Shown here: in pieces, positions 27,301 to 32,000 of the stretch
Position numbering within the stretch: position 1 is the stretch's first letter
How the letters are laid out: each line of letters starts with the position of its first letter
From: a bacterium
Lineage (GTDB): Bacteria > UBP7 > UBA6624 > JBBIMK01
Length of the DNA: 32,000 nucleotides
Direction of reading: 5' to 3'
Assembly: GCA_037444445.1 (NCBI GenBank)
Contig: JBBIMK010000004.1
Span: forward strand, 30,001-62,000
The notes under the pieces: generated by a model
The model's input: only the letters and a program-made list of their open reading frames with translations
The model's database searches: none
Told to the model about the DNA's origin: nothing
Program-made: the position numbers and the translations under genes

Positions 27301-28656
27301 TCTATGGGTCCTGGTTGGGGTGTGAGGGTGAGCGGGGTCTGAGGTGGACGCCTTGCATAGCCTCTTGAGGTCGCCAATCAACCCTGGTATGTCAATGGTT
27401 TTCAGGATGTGATAGATAGCCTCTGCGCCTGAGAGGATGATGAAGAGGTCGTCTGGTGAATAGCCTGACGCCCGCCTGGTGATGACTCTGGAAAGTTTCA
27501 TGAGGTTGCGATAGGTGGTGCCTGAAAGAATGAAGTTGCCCTCGGGGGATCGGGGCTGTGTGGATGGGATAATGGGGGTGTAGGAGCGGAGGGAGTGTAA
27601 TGCCTCTAAGCCTTCTATCATCTCACGAATCTCTTTGACTCTGCGCTCTCTGGCGTGAAGATAAGTCTTGTGTGCGGATTTGTTGGCAATGCGAATGGGG
27701 AAGGAGTTGCGAAAATGGTGGAGAATGGTCCATAAGGACTGGTCTAATGGGGATGGGGCAGGGATGAGGAGTGAGCCTGTAATGGGGTCGTGAATGGGTG
27801 AGATGAGTTCCTCTTGTTTGAGATGGTCAGCGAGGAGGTCTTGTAGGGAAAGGGGGGCCCTGAAGTCGGAAACCTGAAGGGTAGGAAGATGGATGCCTGC
27901 GGAGAGGAGGTGGGTCAGGAGCGCATGGGAGAGACGGGAGCGTGCGGGCGCGAGGAGCTCGCCGGTTTGGTGGTCGATGATGGGAGAGAGGATTTCCCTC
28001 CTGGAAAGGAGTGCGCTGATGATGTCAAGAGGATAGGATTCGCGGATGTAGGATTTTTCGTGAGCCCGAGTGAGGATGACCTGAATTTCAGCGGCAACGA
28101 TGTCCTTGAGTTCACCTTCATATCGGTTCAATCTGGAGAGGAGGTCTTCTAATTCTGGGTCTTCGTCAAGAAGTTCTTTGGGGAAGAAGGAGGGAGAGGA
28201 TTGGAGGGGCTGGAGAACGGGGCGGAGGAGGGTATTGAGGAGGGCTGAATTTAGTTTGACGACAATGAAATCTGCATAGTAGATGATGCGTTCAATGTCA
28301 CGGGGAGGGATGTCGAGGAGGATGGAGAGGTAACTTGGGATGCCGCGGAAGTACCAGATGTGAGCGACAGGAGCGGCGAGAGTGATGTAAGCCATGCGAC
28401 GACGGCGGACTCTGGAGAAGGTGACTTCTACGCCACATCGGTCGCAGGTTCGCCCTTCCACGCGCATCTTGCGGTATTTGCCGCAGGCACACTCTAAATC
28501 TTTAGTGGGGCCGAAGATGCGTTCGCAAAAAAGCCCATCCATCTCCGGGCGTCCGGTGCGGTAATTCAAGGTTTCAGATTTTTTCACCTCTCCGCGCCCC
28601 CACTCCCGAATCCGCTGTGGAGAAGCCAGAGTAACCTGCACCATATCTAATTCCAT
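24331..28656 (-). CDS. rpoC: DNA-directed RNA polymerase subunit beta-prime (1441 aa, with a lineage-specific N-terminal-half insertion)
   Basis: It has the zinc ribbon CACGKY..CDRCG, plus NRPEWMIL, the catalytic NADFDGDQMAVHVP, and a trigger loop TFHTGGIAG..DITQGLP with no SI3-type insert. The ATG directly abuts the rpoB TAA. Confidence 0.98.
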   Translation of the reverse strand: MELDMVQVTLASPQRIREWGRGEVKKSETLNYRTGRPEMDGLFCERIFGPTKDLECACGKYRKMRVEGRTCDRCGVEVTFSRVRRRRMAYITLAAPVAHIWYFRGIPSYLSILLDIPPRDIERIIYYADFIVVKLNSALLNTLLRPVLQPLQSSPSFFPKELLDEDPELEDLLSRLNRYEGELKDIVAAEIQVILTRAHEKSYIRESYPLDIISALLSRREILSPIIDHQTGELLAPARSRLSHALLTHLLSAGIHLPTLQVSDFRAPLSLQDLLADHLKQEELISPIHDPITGSLLIPAPSPLDQSLWTILHHFRNSFPIRIANKSAHKTYLHARERRVKEIREMIEGLEALHSLRSYTPIIPSTQPRSPEGNFILSGTTYRNLMKLSRVITRRASGYSPDDLFIILSGAEAIYHILKTIDIPGLIGDLKRLCKASTSDPAHPHTPTRTHRESRRLNLLQSLLNSGNRPEWMILQNIPVIPPELRPMVQLEGGRHATSDLNELYRLVVTRNNRLLRLIKVNAPEAIIRNEKRILQEAVDSLLDNTKKSRPQLDSSGRPLKSLADTLKGKQGRFRQNLLGKRVDYSGRAVIVVGPHLKIYQAGIPRMMALELFKPFITKELIQRGYAQNIKAAKRMIDRVESIKPTESARVWESLEAAMRGRVVLLNRAPTLHRLGVQAFEPILVDGEAILLHPLVCAAFNADFDGDQMAVHVPLSVRAQVEARLLMLSSHNILLPADGTPIANPTQDMVLGCHYLTLEIPHDSSTLKKFPDLESVERAYANGHVKVHEPILVRIPTRYVRNPRLCPTPYCTIQTTPGRVLLNLILPEPLRFVNQTLDKNSTKDLVTRCFHLLGEAETIQLLDDLKELGFMAATRAGISLALTDVDIPEEKKEIVQRAEHEMEKLEEQGLHLEHESWVKRVEDIWSRAVESVGKAVESNPNPRNPLLMMVRSGSRGSSDQLRQLSGMRGLMSDPSGRIIPMPIKSNFREGLSVHEYFISTHGGRKGLTDTALRTAKSGYLTRRLVDLAQEVFICEEDCHTPDGMEYETFASQPGQEPLQTLQDRVLGRISLNTLYDPETGEALLTAGSEIDEAVIEKAPMLGIQKFRVRSPLTCESPYGICALCYGRNLATGRLVEVGEAIGIIAAQAIGEPGTQLTLRTFHTGGIAGGIIKDITQGLPLAEMFFEVYQSRFQPRREGAVISPVDAIVHEIRAGDKSLTLITLLTREGKEIHLEVPPTRTISVQEGQEVKAGDALTDGYKNPLDILSLLGPKPAQQYLIDMLQSVYRSQGVTTNVKHFEVIVRQMLKFIRVHKSGDSEFLEDTYVNKYIFQRKNQQLLKSGQEPAAGSLALLGVKKSAINSDSFISAASFQETARVLSAAALEGKKDYLIGLKENIVLGREIPAGTGFPLFKALNYLTPSSPRLAGAEKPQKVPVTLDSRD

Positions 28657-31600
28657 TTAGCGTTCACCTTCTTCCAGCCCTTCTTTCCGGGTCTGGCGTT
28701 TGAAAAATCGCACATCAATCCCCAGTCCTTTAAGTTCTTTGATGAGGACATGGAAAGACTCAGGCATCCGGTGGTCGGGAATGTCTCTCCCTTCCACGAT
28801 ATTTTTATAGGCTTTGCGTCGTCCTTCAATGTCATCGCTCTTGATGGTCAGCATCTCCTGTAAAATCTCACTCGCTCCGTATGCCTCCAGCGCCCAGACT
28901 TCCATCTCACCGAAACGCTGACCTCCGAATTGTGCCTTTCCGCCCAGGGGCTGTTGGGTCACGAGGGTGTAGGTTCCGGTGGAGCGAGCATGAATCTTGT
29001 CCGCGGCTAAATGGTAGAGTTTCATAATGTACATCACGCCCACCGCCACGGGCTCTTCAAAGGGCTTGCCGGTTTTACCATCCAGGAGGGTGATTTTGCC
29101 ATCGGGCGGAAGGTCCGCCAGGGTCAGTAGGGTCCGAATCTCCTCTTCTGTGGCCCCATCAAAAATGGGAACCTCCGGGTAAAGTTTCAGCACGGAGGCA
29201 GCCCATCCTAAATGGAGTTCAAAGAGTTGGCCCAGATTCATACGAGAAGGGATGCACAAAGGGCTGAAGATGAGGTCAATGGGGACTCCATTGGGGAGGA
29301 AGGGCATATCCTCCTCGGGCATAATTTTGGCAATGACCCCTTTGTTTCCGTGTCTGCCTGCTAACTTGTCGCCAGTTTGTAACTTCCGTTTGACGGCAAC
29401 CTGGACTCTCACCAGTTGCTCCACATCGGGTGGTAATTCGTCCTCCGGGGCTTTGAAAACCCGATTCCCAATTACCCATCCCTGAACTCCATGGGGTAAC
29501 TTCTTGGAGGTGTGCTTGTAGTCCTGTAAGCGACTGCCCGTGATTTTCCAGAGGAGGCTTTCCTCCGGGCTTTTCTCAGCGGCTGGTTGGGGCGTAATTT
29601 TTCCCACCAGGATGTCTCCTGAACGGACGACTGCGCCGGTGTGGATGATGCCCTCCTCATCCAGAGCCTTTAAGAGTTCCTCGGGAACATTGGGGATGTC
29701 GCGGGTGATGACCTCCCGTCCCATTTTGGTTTTTCGTGCCTCGGTGTCATACTCTTCTATGTGGATGGATGTGAAGAAGTCCTCGCGGACGATGCGCTCG
29801 TTCACGACGACCGCATCCTGAAAGTTGTAGCCCTCTATGGGGAGGAATGCCACGAGGAGATTGCGGCCGAGGGCTAACTCGCCCCGGGTGATTCCCTGGG
29901 CATCTACAAGGATTTGATGTTTGCGGACCTTTTGCCCCCGCCGAACGATTGGCCTCTGGTCTATTAAGGTTCCCTGGTTGGAACGCTTGAAGCGCATAAG
30001 TGGATAAGTGACTCTCCTTTTTATGCGATTGTAAAAGAGGGTAATGGAATCCCCTGTGACCGACTCCACAACTCCATCGTCCTCCGCAAAGAGGAGGAAG
30101 CCAGAATCTATGGCGCAGCGGGATTCCATCCCTGTGGCCACGATGGGGGTCTCTGGCTTGAGCAAAGGCACTGCCTGACGGAGCATATTAGAACCCATCA
30201 ATGCCCGATTGGCATCATCATGTTCCAGAAAGGGAACCAGGCTGGCAGAAATCCCCATCAACTGCCCGGGAGAAGCATCTATATATTGTATTTCTTCGCG
30301 TTTTAACCATATAAAACTTCCTTCATACCTGGCAGAAACCCACTCCGGGATGAGGCGATTTGCCGCATCCACCGGTGTGGTGGCCTCGGCGATGCGAGCC
30401 TGGTCTTCTGTATCTGCGGTTAAGAACTCAATGACTCCAGTTAACCGTCCATTCTCCACTTTATAATAAGGGGTTTCAAGGAAGCCATGATGGTTAATGC
30501 GGGCATAGGTAGCCAGGGAGGTAATCAAGCCAATGTTCGGGCCTTCCGGGGTTTCAATGGGGCAAATTTTGCCGTAGTGGGACTGGTGCACATCCCGAAC
30601 TTCAAAGCCTGCACGGTCGCGGGTAAGCCCGCCGGGACCCATGGAGGAAAGGCGTCGCTTGTGAGTGAGTTCTGCCAGTGGATTGGTTTGGTCCAGGAAC
30701 TGGGTGAGGCGACCGGTGTTGAAGAAATTCCGCAGAGGGGTCATCAAAACTTTATTATTCATCAGCATCTGGGGAGTGAGAATGGCTGTATCCTGGTTTT
30801 GAAGTTTCTCGCGAACACTCCGCTCCATTTTCTGTAGACCCGTTCGTAGCGCCTCCAGAGCCAGTTCCCCTACACAGCGAACTCTTCGGTTAGAAAGGTG
30901 GTCAATGTCATCCGGGGTTCCTCCCTTTTCCTGAATTTGAATCAGCCGGCGAAGGGATTCAATCACATCAATATCTGTGAGGCTGCGCTCGGAGGGAGGA
31001 ATAGATTTTGTCTGGAGTTTGTGGTTGATCTGGTAGCGTCCCACTTCGGAAAGGTCATAGGTTTTCGTGTTGAATAAGCGAGTCCGAAGGTATTCCTCTG
31101 CCACCTCGGGCGTGGGGTTGGATTCGTTCGGGCGAAGGGTCACATAGATAGCCCGAAGGGCGTCTTCCCGGCTCTTAAAGGGGTCTTTCTGATATGTAGT
31201 TTTAATCGCATCATAGAAGGGTAATTCTTTCACCGGAAGCCAATAATCAAACACAGGTTGGTGAGCAGAGAGGGTGAGGATTCTCGGTCTATTCTTGTCT
31301 TCTGGAATCTGGAGCGAGAGTTGGATGAGAGAGAGCCGACGGGCCTCCACCTGGGTGACTTGTTCGTAGGACTTCACGAGGATTTCCCCGGTTCCATCTT
31401 TCGTGCGGGAGTCAAAATCATACAGGGTGAAGGGGGGGCACCATCCCACGAGGTTTTGTGGGGTATTTTCTACCTGAAAGTGAACGGGGGCGTGCCGAAT
31501 GACCTGGGTGTCCAGGGAGAAGTTCCGGGCTGTCAGGAGAGTGGTAACAGCAATTCGGCGGGTTTTCCCGATGCGCGCGAAGATGTTTCCATTGATGTCA

Positions 31601-32000
31601 AAACCCATTTCCAGCCAGGTGCCTCGGTTCGGGACGATGCGAGCGGAGAAGAAACTCCGCCCACGAATGTCCTGCACATCCTTAAAGTATAGCCCGGGAG
31701 AGCGAATGAGTTGAGAAACCACCACACGCTCTGCACCGTTGATAATGAAGGTACCTCGCTCCGTAATGGCAGGAATTTCCCCTACATACATCCTTTGCTC
31801 AATGATGGCTCCTGTCTTCCGATTCAGCAAGCGTAAAATGACATATAAGGAATGGGAGAAGGTAAGACCCCGCTCCTTACACTGATCCCAGGTGTAGGAC
31901 GACTTCTCCAATTCGTAATCTAAAAACTGTAACTGAACCTCACTTTTCTCATCCTGGGGGATTGGAAACATCCGACGGAAGACTTCACCTATCCCTTCCT
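28657..32000 (-). CDS. rpoB: DNA-directed RNA polymerase subunit beta (5' end outside window)
   Basis: The frame stays open to the window edge (..EGIGEVFRRMFPIPQ..). It contains GPGGLTRDRAGFEVRDVH, LGRNLLVAF and GNKGVIAKI. The stop is TAA 28657-28659. Confidence 0.98.
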   Translation of the reverse strand, partial: EGIGEVFRRMFPIPQDEKSEVQLQFLDYELEKSSYTWDQCKERGLTFSHSLYVILRLLNRKTGAIIEQRMYVGEIPAITERGTFIINGAERVVVSQLIRSPGLYFKDVQDIRGRSFFSARIVPNRGTWLEMGFDINGNIFARIGKTRRIAVTTLLTARNFSLDTQVIRHAPVHFQVENTPQNLVGWCPPFTLYDFDSRTKDGTGEILVKSYEQVTQVEARRLSLIQLSLQIPEDKNRPRILTLSAHQPVFDYWLPVKELPFYDAIKTTYQKDPFKSREDALRAIYVTLRPNESNPTPEVAEEYLRTRLFNTKTYDLSEVGRYQINHKLQTKSIPPSERSLTDIDVIESLRRLIQIQEKGGTPDDIDHLSNRRVRCVGELALEALRTGLQKMERSVREKLQNQDTAILTPQMLMNNKVLMTPLRNFFNTGRLTQFLDQTNPLAELTHKRRLSSMGPGGLTRDRAGFEVRDVHQSHYGKICPIETPEGPNIGLITSLATYARINHHGFLETPYYKVENGRLTGVIEFLTADTEDQARIAEATTPVDAANRLIPEWVSARYEGSFIWLKREEIQYIDASPGQLMGISASLVPFLEHDDANRALMGSNMLRQAVPLLKPETPIVATGMESRCAIDSGFLLFAEDDGVVESVTGDSITLFYNRIKRRVTYPLMRFKRSNQGTLIDQRPIVRRGQKVRKHQILVDAQGITRGELALGRNLLVAFLPIEGYNFQDAVVVNERIVREDFFTSIHIEEYDTEARKTKMGREVITRDIPNVPEELLKALDEEGIIHTGAVVRSGDILVGKITPQPAAEKSPEESLLWKITGSRLQDYKHTSKKLPHGVQGWVIGNRVFKAPEDELPPDVEQLVRVQVAVKRKLQTGDKLAGRHGNKGVIAKIMPEEDMPFLPNGVPIDLIFSPLCIPSRMNLGQLFELHLGWAASVLKLYPEVPIFDGATEEEIRTLLTLADLPPDGKITLLDGKTGKPFEEPVAVGVMYIMKLYHLAADKIHARSTGTYTLVTQQPLGGKAQFGGQRFGEMEVWALEAYGASEILQEMLTIKSDDIEGRRKAYKNIVEGRDIPDHRMPESFHVLIKELKGLGIDVRFFKRQTRKEGLEEGER

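Noticed and set aside
27442-28257. The rpoC insertion considered as an intein or other mobile insertion.
   Set aside because: There are no intein junction residues (Cys/Ser/Thr at the N-terminal junction, His-Asn plus Cys/Ser/Thr at the C-terminal junction) and no endonuclease motifs. The site is the known hot spot for lineage-specific beta-prime domains, and the insert contains RNAP-type hairpin-module repeats.

Overview
About 94% of the window (1924-32000) is one co-directional, minus-strand array of 41 housekeeping genes. In transcription order they are: rpoB (5' end outside the window), rpoC, rpsL-rpsG-fusA, the S10, spc and alpha ribosomal-protein clusters, truA, rplM-rpsI, then cdaA-cdaR-glmM and gatC. 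Spacers are tiny and many junctions are ATGA or TGATG stop/start overlaps. tuf, rpmD (L30) and map are missing from their usual slots. rpmJ (37 aa) is below the ORF-track cutoff and was added by hand. Several ORF-track starts were moved to internal starts that give canonical N-termini and sit just after the upstream stop. The only accessory DNA is the left 1.9 kb. The pheS 3' end is followed by three copies of a ~43-nt REP-like extended palindrome. These bracket (i) a RAYT-type Y1/HUH transposase gene whose C-terminus looks like DnaA domain IV and (ii) an orphan gene for a secreted protein. Other points worth a second look are a ~250-aa lineage-specific insertion in the beta-prime N-terminal half with an internal duplication, and a ~1.2-kb stretch of rpoC with strongly aberrant G/C strand composition. 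There are also unusual terminal extensions or Cys4 motifs in S19, S5, S17 and L24. I saw no rRNA, tRNA or CRISPR array and no convincing novel multi-gene system. All calls come from reading the sequence and remembering family motifs. No searches were run, and several start codons are uncertain by a few codons.
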